Virus record (IMG/VR): IMGVR_UViG_3300031993_000049
Strand: one strand, 5' to 3'
From: a virus
Lineage: Duplodnaviria > Heunggongvirae > Uroviricota > Caudoviricetes
DNA: 64,000 nt
Position numbers and translations under genes: made by a program. Under the pieces are notes generated by a model. The model saw nothing but the letters and a program-made list of their open reading frames with translations, was not told the DNA's origin and did no database searches. Positions 56,062 to 64,000 of the stretch are shown here, one piece after another (positions within the stretch are counted from its first letter, which is position 1; every line of letters begins with the position of its first letter).

Positions 56062-56217
56062 ATGACACAAGAAGAAATTAAACAATATCTTAAAGACAAT
56101 TTGAAATTGGGATATTTTAAATATAGATCGTGCGGTCAAAATTACATAGGTTTTAAACTTACGTTAGGCGAAGAAATAATCAGTGAAATTAGACCAAGTA
56201 TAAAATCCTTTTTTTAA
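56062..56217 (+). CDS. short ORF with the Family-A MTQEE N-terminal start (possible truncated family member)
   Basis: MTQEEIKQYLKDNLKLGYFKY. Same atgacacaagaagaa start sequence as the array genes. Confidence 0.4.
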   Translation: MTQEEIKQYLKDNLKLGYFKYRSCGQNYIGFKLTLGEEIISEIRPSIKSFF

Positions 56218-56401
56218 TTATGATCACAGTAATAAATAATTACATACAGTGTGACGAATGTGGTAGGGATTTGGCATATGACAATAGTGATACCTATGAA
56301 TCCTGGAACTGGAACCATAGATATAGAGTAATATATTTGGATTGCCCTAAATGTGGTAATTCTATTGCAATAAGACGATTAGAAGAAAAAAATGTATAAT
56401 T

Positions 56402-56728
56402 ATGTACAGAAAGTATGGAATAGCAATTTTACCTTGGAGAGGGGACCCAAAAACATTAATCGAATGGAGAAGTGAAGATGATGCATTCGTTAATGTAAGT
56501 GATGAACATTTTGGAGGTATACCAGAAGACAAGGTTGATTTTGATATTGATCACGTCGTAGATTTTCTATTAGGTGAAGGAAGATACCAAATGGGATTAT
56601 ACTTACCTGATGAAATATTAAAATTAATGAAACAAAGATGCCCAGAATCGGAAACTTGGTTGATGGGACAAATTGATTATATGATTAGGCAAAACAGAAG
56701 ATATTATGACACAAGAAGAATTATTTGA
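56402..56728 (+). CDS. hypothetical protein
   Basis: Co-oriented ORF. Confidence 0.6.
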   Translation: MYRKYGIAILPWRGDPKTLIEWRSEDDAFVNVSDEHFGGIPEDKVDFDIDHVVDFLLGEGRYQMGLYLPDEILKLMKQRCPESETWLMGQIDYMIRQNRRYYDTRRII

Positions 56729-56912
56729 AATAGTAGCAAAAGGATATGAAGCAGCATTAAGTTCATGTTTTGACGGTGGAGCATTATATGCAAGAGGATT
56801 TGTCGACGGAATGGCATTTCAAAAAGATGGAACCATTCCAATGAGCAAACTAGATAGAATACTTAAAGAAATAGAAGATAAAAAGAAAAATGAAAAGACC
56901 GAAGAAAATTGA
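56706..56912 (+). CDS. hypothetical protein (MTQEE start)
   Basis: Co-oriented ORF. Confidence 0.55.
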   Translation: MTQEELFEIVAKGYEAALSSCFDGGALYARGFVDGMAFQKDGTIPMSKLDRILKEIEDKKKNEKTEEN

Positions 56913-57144
56913 AATTGGAGACACTGTTACGTGGATTAAAGAAAAAAGACACGTTGTATCATTCCTGGAAGATAATAAAGAGCCATTAGTTGTTTTTAAA
57001 ATTTGGTACCCGTCTAGAGGGTGGAAATATTATTGTGAATATCTTAAGTTGTTCCTTTATAATATTTGCCTGCAGGAAGAATACACTAAAGCAAAAAGAA
57101 ATAAACTTTACAAATTAAATGGATTAGTATATGGAGAATGGTAA
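56890..57144 (+). CDS. hypothetical protein
   Basis: Co-oriented ORF. Confidence 0.55.
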   Translation: MKRPKKIEIGDTVTWIKEKRHVVSFLEDNKEPLVVFKIWYPSRGWKYYCEYLKLFLYNICLQEEYTKAKRNKLYKLNGLVYGEW

Positions 57145-57463
57145 TGTAAACATAATGATCCCAGTACCAACAAAAGAATTTACTGAGGAATTGAAAGAAA
57201 AAAAAGGCGTTGATATTAATGACGTATTAGCCAGACTTGTGTATGACTTTCTGGATAACGTTAAAAAAGACAACCCAACTGAAATAATACAAATTAGTGT
57301 TACTGTAAAACAACTTGCCGAACTGGACGTTTATAATATAAATGCTCCAGCAATGATAACATCCGCATTTAAAAAAGAATTAGAGGCTTTATTAGATAGT
57401 TGTGAAAAAACTGATAAAAATATACATCAACCAAACGGTCAAGTAAGGTTTGACAAATTATAA
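57131..57463 (+). CDS. hypothetical protein
   Basis: Co-oriented ORF. Confidence 0.6.
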   Translation: MENGNVNIMIPVPTKEFTEELKEKKGVDINDVLARLVYDFLDNVKKDNPTEIIQISVTVKQLAELDVYNINAPAMITSAFKKELEALLDSCEKTDKNIHQPNGQVRFDKL

Positions 57464-57505
57464 AATGATCAAAATTTTTATAAATCATTTAAAACATTAT
57501 AATAT

Positions 57506-57796
57506 ATGAATACATTTGAATTAATTATTATTACATTAGCACTTGTTTATGTTGTTTCTTCACTGTATTTTGCCATATCTGGTAGAGTACTTGCAAGAAA
57601 AAAAGAAAAGAAAGATGACGAAAGGTATGAAAATCAACATAACATTGAAGACCAAATTACTGTCCTTACTCAAAGACTGGGTGCAGTCCTAGCAGAGAAT
57701 GAAAGACTAAATGGTGTAGTAAGAAGTTGGATGGCACAGGCAAATGATTACAAAATTAGACTTGATGCTGCATTAAAAGAAAAAGAAGGTAATTAA
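57506..57796 (+). CDS. hypothetical protein with N-terminal TM helix
   Basis: Co-oriented ORF. Confidence 0.6.
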   Translation: MNTFELIIITLALVYVVSSLYFAISGRVLARKKEKKDDERYENQHNIEDQITVLTQRLGAVLAENERLNGVVRSWMAQANDYKIRLDAALKEKEGN

Positions 57797-57799
57797 ACA

Positions 57800-58096
57800 A
57801 TGATCAAAGAAAGTGACTTCATAATTGAAGAATTAAAAAAGTGGGATAAGAAATTTGATGGCATTCATATTCGTTATGGATATGATAAACCTTCAGCGTA
57901 TCACGTTATAGAAATATCACCCGAATCAATAAGACGTGGTGATATTGACTATATGAATACTGAATATAAGTTCTGGGAGAGGTTTTCTAAAATCTATCCT
58001 AAATCAGACTTGTTAATATCTAACCCTAATTATAATACGGAATGTATTAGTGAAAATTTATTATACGATAATTATTATGGTAGAGTTTACAATTAA
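57800..58096 (+). CDS. hypothetical protein
   Basis: Co-oriented ORF. Confidence 0.6.
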   Translation: MIKESDFIIEELKKWDKKFDGIHIRYGYDKPSAYHVIEISPESIRRGDIDYMNTEYKFWERFSKIYPKSDLLISNPNYNTECISENLLYDNYYGRVYN

Positions 58097-58238
58097 ATAC
58101 GGGGAACAATGCCCGAACATTAAAGAAGTGAAAGTTACTTCAAGAGAAATATGCAATAAATGTAAACACAAAAAATATTCAACCAAATGTTTTGTTGTGT
58201 GTAATGAAGACAAGGATAGTAAATTTTTTTATTTATAA
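58077..58238 (+). CDS. small Cys-rich protein
   Basis: Trimmed to internal ATG. Confidence 0.45.
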   Translation: MVEFTIKYGEQCPNIKEVKVTSREICNKCKHKKYSTKCFVVCNEDKDSKFFYL

Positions 58239-58374
58239 TTATGATAGGTGTTTTATTTAAAGGTAATTGGCATCAGGGTTTCAATTCATTAATCGAGGCT
58301 GAAAAATATGTCCATGATAAGATTGAAAATCAAGGATATAAAGAAGAAGATTGGAGTTATATGTTTTATTAATT

Positions 58375-58617
58375 ATGGGAAAAGCAACAAATCAAGAAGA
58401 TTATATCAAGGGATATAAAAAAGGTGTAGAGGATGGTAAAAAAGACGCAATGATCAAATTGCAGGAAATGAATTTCAACGAAGGATTGCCTTCTAATGAG
58501 ACTCTGTATAAGATATTCGAACTATTGGAAAAAGTAAAGAAACAGGATGCTGATTCTCATAGTTTGTATATGAACGCGTGGGAACATTATGCCAATTATA
58601 TTACACAAAATTGGTAA
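58375..58617 (+). CDS. hypothetical protein
   Basis: Trimmed to ATG. Confidence 0.55.
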   Translation: MGKATNQEDYIKGYKKGVEDGKKDAMIKLQEMNFNEGLPSNETLYKIFELLEKVKKQDADSHSLYMNAWEHYANYITQNW

Positions 58618-58645
58618 AAAATACTAGTAAAATGAATACTTGGAT

Positions 58646-58666
58646 CAGTTTGGCACGGTATTTGTA
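58646..58666 (+). promoter_or_regulatory. conserved 21-mer CAGTTTGGCACGGTATTTGTA (copy 4) heading a ~120-bp leader paralogous to 12546-12679
   Basis: Exact 21-mer. Downstream leader shares CACTCTCGCA, CTTTGC, AAATTGAAAAA and AAAATT blocks with the 12.5-kb copy. Confidence 0.45.
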
Positions 58667-58768
58667 GGATAAAAGATGTGGGGTTGAATATACATTTCAC
58701 TCTCGCATCTTTTGATTTAAAAAATATGTATTATCTTTGCAACAGAAAATTGAAAAAGGAATAAAATT

Positions 58769-59605
58769 ATGAAATTTGGAAATGTAGTATTGTACAGTAA
58801 AGGTTGGTATCAACGTCGTGGTGATTCTGATAAGATATGGATGGATCTCATCCATTGTATCTCTGCAGACGGTTGGACATTGTTTAGTAAAAAGGATGTT
58901 GTTGCCTGGTGTCTCCATCGTCTAGACGAAATGAAAGAAGATGAGTTGCTTCGTAATAACAAGAATATGCTAAGTCTTTCACGTTTGTACGAGGAAGTAA
59001 ACCGTTGTAAGAGTTTCTGGAACTACTGGCACCACGACGAGGAACTTTCTACTGATGATGCAATTATCGCTGTATTCCTTAGTACTGTTTCTTGCCTTGA
59101 GAAAACCTGTTTCAGTGAAGGTGTTCGTCCTAGCGAACTGGTTCTTCCTTTGACATACCAAGATGCGTATTACGACGATGGAAGATATAACACGGATCAT
59201 AAACCGTCATTTAAGTTTGCACAAATGCATTGTGACGTTATGAAACGCATTGAAGAGTTTTTCCCTGACTTCAAAGAACAGGACCCGAAGAGTATCTATC
59301 TTATTGAAGATTTCGAGACTGTTGAGGGTAATATTCGCGGTAAAAAAATTGAGGACGTACTTGTTCTCAACGGTAGCGACAATCTTAACGATTGCATCGA
59401 GGTAACAGTCGGCGGTGATGATATCATACACAACAGTTTTGTTTTCATCAATAGAAAAAAGGCATATCTTGACAAAGGTATCTACGACCACTGTATTGAT
59501 ATTGATAACAATACTCAATATACTGTTAGAATACAGAAAAAAGAATCCATATGGGAGGATGATGAACCAGAATATATCATTCGTTCAATTAAAAAAGTAA
59601 AATAA
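58769..59605 (+). CDS. hypothetical protein (278 aa)
   Basis: First ORF after the conserved leader. Confidence 0.75.
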   Translation: MKFGNVVLYSKGWYQRRGDSDKIWMDLIHCISADGWTLFSKKDVVAWCLHRLDEMKEDELLRNNKNMLSLSRLYEEVNRCKSFWNYWHHDEELSTDDAIIAVFLSTVSCLEKTCFSEGVRPSELVLPLTYQDAYYDDGRYNTDHKPSFKFAQMHCDVMKRIEEFFPDFKEQDPKSIYLIEDFETVEGNIRGKKIEDVLVLNGSDNLNDCIEVTVGGDDIIHNSFVFINRKKAYLDKGIYDHCIDIDNNTQYTVRIQKKESIWEDDEPEYIIRSIKKVK

Positions 59606-59607
59606 TT

Positions 59608-59913
59608 ATGGCAAAGAAAAGAAAAAATAATTTAAACGAAGAGGTAGAAGAATATCTCAAGAAACATTGGACCAGAGTTCCTGACGAGCATTTGGTAGAC
59701 GAACCTGTATATTTCGTCCTGGAAGACGATCTTAAGGCACTTGCAAAACACTTTGCTAACTGGGGTCGTAAACATGTCGAAATGGAAGGTGAGATTCTGG
59801 AAAACTTTGATGGCCCTGTTCTCGATTTCGATGAAAACGAAATGGCAGAGAAACTTGAAGTCTGCGGGTTTAAAACGTTTGATAAAGTAAAAATCACAAT
59901 CGATAAGATATGA
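59608..59913 (+). CDS. hypothetical protein
   Basis: Co-oriented ORF. Confidence 0.65.
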   Translation: MAKKRKNNLNEEVEEYLKKHWTRVPDEHLVDEPVYFVLEDDLKALAKHFANWGRKHVEMEGEILENFDGPVLDFDENEMAEKLEVCGFKTFDKVKITIDKI

Positions 59914-60260
59914 TGGTAGACGAAGAAAGGCAAGAAATTGTAAATAAAAAAGCCGAAGAGGAAAACAACTTTTTTCTTCGTGCAGCCGCTGGATTAATTC
60001 CACAAGAGGAACACTTCAAGGAAGGTTTCATAAAGGGCGTAGAATGGCAAAAAAACGGCATTTGGAGGAAATGTGCCAAAGAGGTACCCACGCATATGGG
60101 CGAAGAAATAATCGTTCTGTGCCGAAACAAGAATAAACCCGATGGTATTTGGCTTTCTGACCTTATCCAATGTTGGGAAGGAAAGTGGGAACCGCGAGTT
60201 AACTATGAGACTCCAGTTTACTGGACATATGTTAACGACATACTCCCCGATGTTGATTAA
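59910..60260 (+). CDS. hypothetical protein
   Basis: 4-nt overlap. Confidence 0.65.
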   Translation: MMVDEERQEIVNKKAEEENNFFLRAAAGLIPQEEHFKEGFIKGVEWQKNGIWRKCAKEVPTHMGEEIIVLCRNKNKPDGIWLSDLIQCWEGKWEPRVNYETPVYWTYVNDILPDVD

Positions 60261-60286
60261 TTTTTGTATATTTAGATTGTCAAGAT

Positions 60287-60307
60287 CAGTTTGGCACGGT
60301 ATTTGTA
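60287..60307 (+). promoter_or_regulatory. conserved 21-mer CAGTTTGGCACGGTATTTGTA (copy 5)
   Basis: Exact copy, 14 nt upstream of the ATG of 60321. Confidence 0.45.
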
Positions 60308-60320
60308 GAATAAAAATAGT

Positions 60321-60542
60321 ATGACATACGAAGAATACATATCATTTATTTGGGAATGTGTTGCACAATGTCCTAAGTACTGGCGGAAAGGTCAGTCAGT
60401 GTTCAATATAATTGACAAAAAGTTTGGTGATGTTGCCAGGAATGTTCAATACATTGACGGTATTGACTGCTTCCACCAAGACGAAATGATTGAACCATTT
60501 ATTGCTAAATGTTGGGAACGAATAAATAAAAAACAATTATGA
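60321..60542 (+). CDS. hypothetical protein
   Basis: Co-oriented ORF. Confidence 0.6.
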   Translation: MTYEEYISFIWECVAQCPKYWRKGQSVFNIIDKKFGDVARNVQYIDGIDCFHQDEMIEPFIAKCWERINKKQL

Positions 60543-60748
60543 AACACGTTTATGTTGTTGTAAATAAAAGTATGATGATGCTTGGTGTCTTTACTACTTG
60601 GAAAAATCTACAGATGGCAATGGCCGCTCTTAAGGAAAGTGGAGAATCTAAAGCATACTATGCCAAAGTTGAAGTTGATACTTTCGATAAGTTGCTTCCT
60701 AACTTCTGGACAATGCACTATGAGAAATTAGAAGAGGTTGTATTTTAA
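60539..60748 (+). CDS. hypothetical protein
   Basis: 4-nt overlap. Confidence 0.6.
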   Translation: MKHVYVVVNKSMMMLGVFTTWKNLQMAMAALKESGESKAYYAKVEVDTFDKLLPNFWTMHYEKLEEVVF

Positions 60749-60763
60749 ATAAAGAATAAAACA

Positions 60764-61384
60764 ATGATAACATTAGAAGAAATAAAGAAACTTAACGGTT
60801 TGTATAGCCTGCCGAAGTATATCCACGTTAACAAACATATACTTCTGGACTACCGACTGTTCTATGCACTTGCAGAACCCGATCCTGAAAGGGACTTCGT
60901 GTACGACTGTGATGTGTACCTCAATAAGTATGGTATCAATCTTCAGAGACCGTACGTATGGGAGCATTATCAGCAGAAGGAGTTCATTATGGCTATCCTT
61001 ACCGAAAAGGAACTGGACCCTTTGATAATAATTACACACTATAAGGGTCCTATTGAAAGAGACCACTGCATCAATTACGTTATTGACGGCAAACAAAGAT
61101 TAACAACGATCAAAAAATTTGCTCATAACGAATTTCCAATTCAAGTAGATGGTAAAGATTACTATTTCAAAGATTTTGATGCGGAATTGAGGAAGTTTTT
61201 TATCTCACGTGTAAACTATATGGTTGCCACCGTGTATTATTCTTATGATGATATGCCAATTACCGACGATATGAAGATTACTCTCTTCAATTTCTACAAT
61301 TTCTCTGGCACACCACAGACGGAGGAACATAAAAATAAGTTAATCAAATTAATGAAAAAAGAAGATGAACCAGGATGTAATTAA
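60764..61384 (+). CDS. DUF262 / ParB-like nuclease-domain protein
   Basis: VIDGKQRLTTIKKF matches the DGQQR motif of the DUF262 (GmrSD N-terminal) family. Confidence 0.65.
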   Translation: MITLEEIKKLNGLYSLPKYIHVNKHILLDYRLFYALAEPDPERDFVYDCDVYLNKYGINLQRPYVWEHYQQKEFIMAILTEKELDPLIIITHYKGPIERDHCINYVIDGKQRLTTIKKFAHNEFPIQVDGKDYYFKDFDAELRKFFISRVNYMVATVYYSYDDMPITDDMKITLFNFYNFSGTPQTEEHKNKLIKLMKKEDEPGCN

Positions 61385-61673
61385 AGTTACAGATAATCTG
61401 TATTTTGACAGTTCTTTCGTTGCCAGGAAAGTGGTCCTGGACTTACTAGAACGTCTCACGGCACATAATCAAGTTCGATTGAATGATCTCAACGGAAACG
61501 CTTCTTGTACGTCCGTTAGCGTAACTGACGAAGGTGTAATGAGAAATACTTGGGAGGAAAGTTATCACAATGGTGACATTTGGGATTTCAAATCCACCCT
61601 TATTACAAATGATGAAAACGATGTAAAAATCGTTCAAACAGCAATTAACTTAATTAAAATATATAAACTGTAA
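61365..61673 (+). CDS. hypothetical protein
   Basis: Co-oriented ORF. Confidence 0.6.
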   Translation: MNQDVIKVTDNLYFDSSFVARKVVLDLLERLTAHNQVRLNDLNGNASCTSVSVTDEGVMRNTWEESYHNGDIWDFKSTLITNDENDVKIVQTAINLIKIYKL

Positions 61674-61687
61674 AATATAAATTTATT

Positions 61688-61939
61688 ATGATTTATCTTA
61701 TATTATATTTAGTTGGAAGTTTAGTTTCACTAATATGGATGTTAAAAATCACCAAAGAAGTTGAGGATGTTTTAACAATTAAAGACTTATTAGGCTTAAT
61801 TTTAATATCTATTGCTTCGTGGCTGTCTGTTTTTATCATTATCAGGGAAGAATTAATAAGTAGAGGTGTTATTGATAAAATGCTTGAAAAATTAGACAAC
61901 TGGTTAAATAAAGAAATTTATGAGTTCGATAAAAAATGA
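61688..61939 (+). CDS. small membrane protein
   Basis: Hydrophobic ORF. Confidence 0.55.
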   Translation: MIYLILYLVGSLVSLIWMLKITKEVEDVLTIKDLLGLILISIASWLSVFIIIREELISRGVIDKMLEKLDNWLNKEIYEFDKK

Positions 61940-61950
61940 AAATGTAGCAT

Positions 61951-62271
61951 ATGACATTGAATGAATTACCAAAAGAAATAGTTATTGACGGAATTACGTA
62001 CACGTTAAAAGGTGAAATTAATAATGATGCACAACTGGGTAAATTGTATTTTGTAGGGTATTATCCTCCAGAAGAAAATGGAGTACCCCCATTTGTTAAA
62101 TCTGACAAAGCAAAACTCTATTTGATTTCTGTGGGTGGTTTTCGCGGTACTTTTAACACACCAGAAGAAACACTGGTTGATGAAGCGTGTAACGATATGT
62201 TAGAAAGGTTGCAAGGTGCCAGAATACATTATCCGTCGATAGACGAAGCATTAAAAGAAAAATTATTATAA
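61951..62271 (+). CDS. hypothetical protein
   Basis: Co-oriented ORF. Confidence 0.6.
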   Translation: MTLNELPKEIVIDGITYTLKGEINNDAQLGKLYFVGYYPPEENGVPPFVKSDKAKLYLISVGGFRGTFNTPEETLVDEACNDMLERLQGARIHYPSIDEALKEKLL

Positions 62272-62295
62272 AACAATTTAAAACTTATACAAATT

Positions 62296-62571
62296 ATGAT
62301 TTTTTGGGAATATTTTTTAGCCATGTTCTATGCAGCATGGGCTGGCGTTTGCATTCACTGGGCAATTGAAATGTTTGATAGTGAATCCTACGGATTTGGG
62401 GTATTAATGATTCTGTTAGCCTCTTTAACTCTTGCGTTATCTACAAACACACTGAATAGTGCTGTTAATCGAGCAATCGTTGAAAGTGTAGAAAACACAC
62501 CTGTTGAACTCACGGATCCAGTACAGGTTACTGACACAGTTTATGACTCAACAAATGATTTTAAATTATGA
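62296..62571 (+). CDS. small membrane protein
   Basis: Hydrophobic ORF. Confidence 0.55.
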   Translation: MIFWEYFLAMFYAAWAGVCIHWAIEMFDSESYGFGVLMILLASLTLALSTNTLNSAVNRAIVESVENTPVELTDPVQVTDTVYDSTNDFKL

Positions 62572-63179
62572 AAACATTAATAATCGTTGATTTTCAATAT
62601 GATTTCTGCAATCCCAATGGTACACTGTATGTACCTGGTGCAGAAGAAGCAGAGGAAGCAATTGTAAAACACATCAATTCTGATGAAGAAATCGGTGAGG
62701 TTGTGTTTACTCTTGACTGGCACCCAATCAATCACTGTTCGTTTAAAATAAACGGTGGTGAATGGCCTACTCACTGTCTCCAGTATTCTCAAGGTGCTGG
62801 TATATCTCAGAAAATTATGAATGCCTGTCTCGATCAAGGAATACCTGTTAAGTTTTTCTTGAAAGGTGATTTGTATAACGTTGAAGAATACGCCGCTTTT
62901 ATTCATTCAACTCATTACCCATTTTCTTATCTACTTCAGGGAGTTAAGCAAACAGCATTTGTAAATCAAAGTGGAAGTTCTTACATCCGTTTTGAAAATA
63001 AAGAAATTGAAGTCTGTGGCCTTGCTGGAGACTATTGTGTGCGTGAAACTATCGACGCAATCAATGGCAAAAAACCAATAGAAAAACTGTCGGTTTTTAT
63101 GGACGGTATCAAATCCATTGACGGTGGTAAAACATTTAATGAATTTTTGAACGAACATCCAGAAATTAAAAAAGTATAA
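62568..63179 (+). CDS. pncA: nicotinamidase (isochorismatase-fold PncA)
   Basis: LIIVDFQYDFCNPNGTLYVPGA, LDWHPINHCSF, WPTHCLQYSQGAGI, GLAGDYCVRETI: matches the PncA catalytic D/K/C triad context. Confidence 0.8.
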   Translation: MKTLIIVDFQYDFCNPNGTLYVPGAEEAEEAIVKHINSDEEIGEVVFTLDWHPINHCSFKINGGEWPTHCLQYSQGAGISQKIMNACLDQGIPVKFFLKGDLYNVEEYAAFIHSTHYPFSYLLQGVKQTAFVNQSGSSYIRFENKEIEVCGLAGDYCVRETIDAINGKKPIEKLSVFMDGIKSIDGGKTFNEFLNEHPEIKKV

Positions 63180-63181
63180 TT

Positions 63182-64000
63182 ATGTTGACAAGAAACATTT
63201 ATAATTACGAAACAGTCTTCAATGTAATGGTTGAAGAGACAGCCAAATATCTCAAAAAGAATGGCTTAAAAACTATGGTCCTTGGTATATCTGGTGGACT
63301 TGATTCTACTGTATGTGCGGCAATCTGTCACGAGGTAACTAAACGCTATCCTGAATTCCGTTTCATTGGTGTTAGTCTGCCTTGCACCAGTAATACCGAA
63401 CGCGAAAATGACAGCGCAGAAATGGCAATGAAAGCGTTTTGCAATGAACGTCACACTGCTAATCTGCAGGGTCAGTACGAATCAATGAAATCTCTTTGTG
63501 AGACTTACTTCCAGTCCACCAATATTTCCCAGGGTAATATCAAGGCACGCCTTCGTATGATTTACCTGTACAACATCGCTTCTGTAACAAGAGGCCTTGT
63601 AATTGATACAGATAATCTTACCGAACACTATCTTGGGTTCTTCACGTTGCATGGAGACCAGGGAGACTTCAATCCGATTGGTGGACTTTGGAAACACGAA
63701 GTATATGCGTTGTGCCATTACTTGTTTACTGCTTATTATAAATCAGCAAGTTCACAGTACTATGCACTGAAAGCGGCATACGACATCACACCTACTGACG
63801 GTAATGGTGTTGCTGATGGTGGTGATATGGCACAGATTGCTCCAGGACATACCTACTTTGACGTAGATGATATTCTCGATACTTATCTTGAATATCGTGG
63901 GCACCACCCAGAGGAATACAATATTGCAATGGAAGAACTGAATAAAAAATACGGTGCAGATACCGTTGATAAGGTTCTTCGCAGATGCGATAATTCTGAA
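63182..64000 (+). CDS. nadE: NH3-dependent NAD+ synthetase, 3' end outside window
   Basis: PP-loop LGISGGLDSTV. NIKARLRMIYLYNIA, VIDTDNLTEHYLGFFTLHGDQGDFNPI match NadE. No stop before window end. Confidence 0.85.
   Translation, partial: MLTRNIYNYETVFNVMVEETAKYLKKNGLKTMVLGISGGLDSTVCAAICHEVTKRYPEFRFIGVSLPCTSNTERENDSAEMAMKAFCNERHTANLQGQYESMKSLCETYFQSTNISQGNIKARLRMIYLYNIASVTRGLVIDTDNLTEHYLGFFTLHGDQGDFNPIGGLWKHEVYALCHYLFTAYYKSASSQYYALKAAYDITPTDGNGVADGGDMAQIAPGHTYFDVDDILDTYLEYRGHHPEEYNIAMEELNKKYGADTVDKVLRRCDNSE

Overview
This window is AT-rich (roughly mid-30s % GC by eye) and every credible gene lies on the + strand. About 150 short ORFs (mostly 60-300 aa) are packed with 1-10 nt overlaps and ATG starts that abut the upstream stop. 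They are punctuated by a few hairpin-plus-T-run terminators, each followed directly by a TGTATA(A/T)TTAC box. I found no capsid, portal, terminase or tail genes and no rRNA or CRISPR array. The window looks like the early/auxiliary arm of a large virulent phage. A Bacteroidetes host is suggested only by inference (a BspA-type leucine-rich-repeat protein, a lipobox lipoprotein, TAnnTTTG-like boxes).

Recognisable genes:
- T4-type polynucleotide kinase/phosphatase
- Two different KxDG nucleotidyltransferase ligases: one fused to an N-terminal OB domain, one a minimal Rnl2-like enzyme
- A Thg1-like 3'-5' nucleotidyltransferase
- A DEDDh exonuclease
- A YqeY/GatB-like protein
- A NUDIX hydrolase
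- dUTPase
- A SLOG/DUF2493 protein
- Three calcineurin-like phosphoesterases
- A bona fide methylglyoxal synthase
- A nucleoside 2-deoxyribosyltransferase-like protein
- An SPFH/band-7 protein
- A DUF262 (DGQQR) protein
- A PRAI-fold TIM barrel
- Nicotinamidase PncA followed by NAD+ synthetase NadE, which is truncated by the window end

Main findings from the hunt:
- A dispersed RNA end-healing and sealing / tRNA-repair toolkit, including a phage Thg1-like enzyme and a candidate degenerate tRNA-Arg(CCU).
- A tandem array of five diversified paralogs, plus a sixth copy 53 kb upstream and N-terminal fragments. They have three conserved anchor blocks and two hypervariable cassettes.
- A 21-bp element, CAGTTTGGCACGGTATTTGTA, present five times in intergenic DNA. 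It fits the sigma-54 -24/-12 spacing (TGGCACG-N4-TTGTA). Two copies sit in paralogous ~120-bp conserved leaders.
- A PncA-NadE NAD salvage module.
- A phage-encoded methylglyoxal synthase.
- A 17-bp-stem nested inverted repeat in a 357-bp gene-free gap.
- A duplicated palindromic operator-like site.
- A GC-rich (~45-50%) island carrying the SPFH and YqeY genes.

On coordinates: many ORF-track starts are TTG codons inside the upstream gene. I moved those to the first in-frame ATG. Coordinates of non-coding motifs are accurate to about +/-2 nt.
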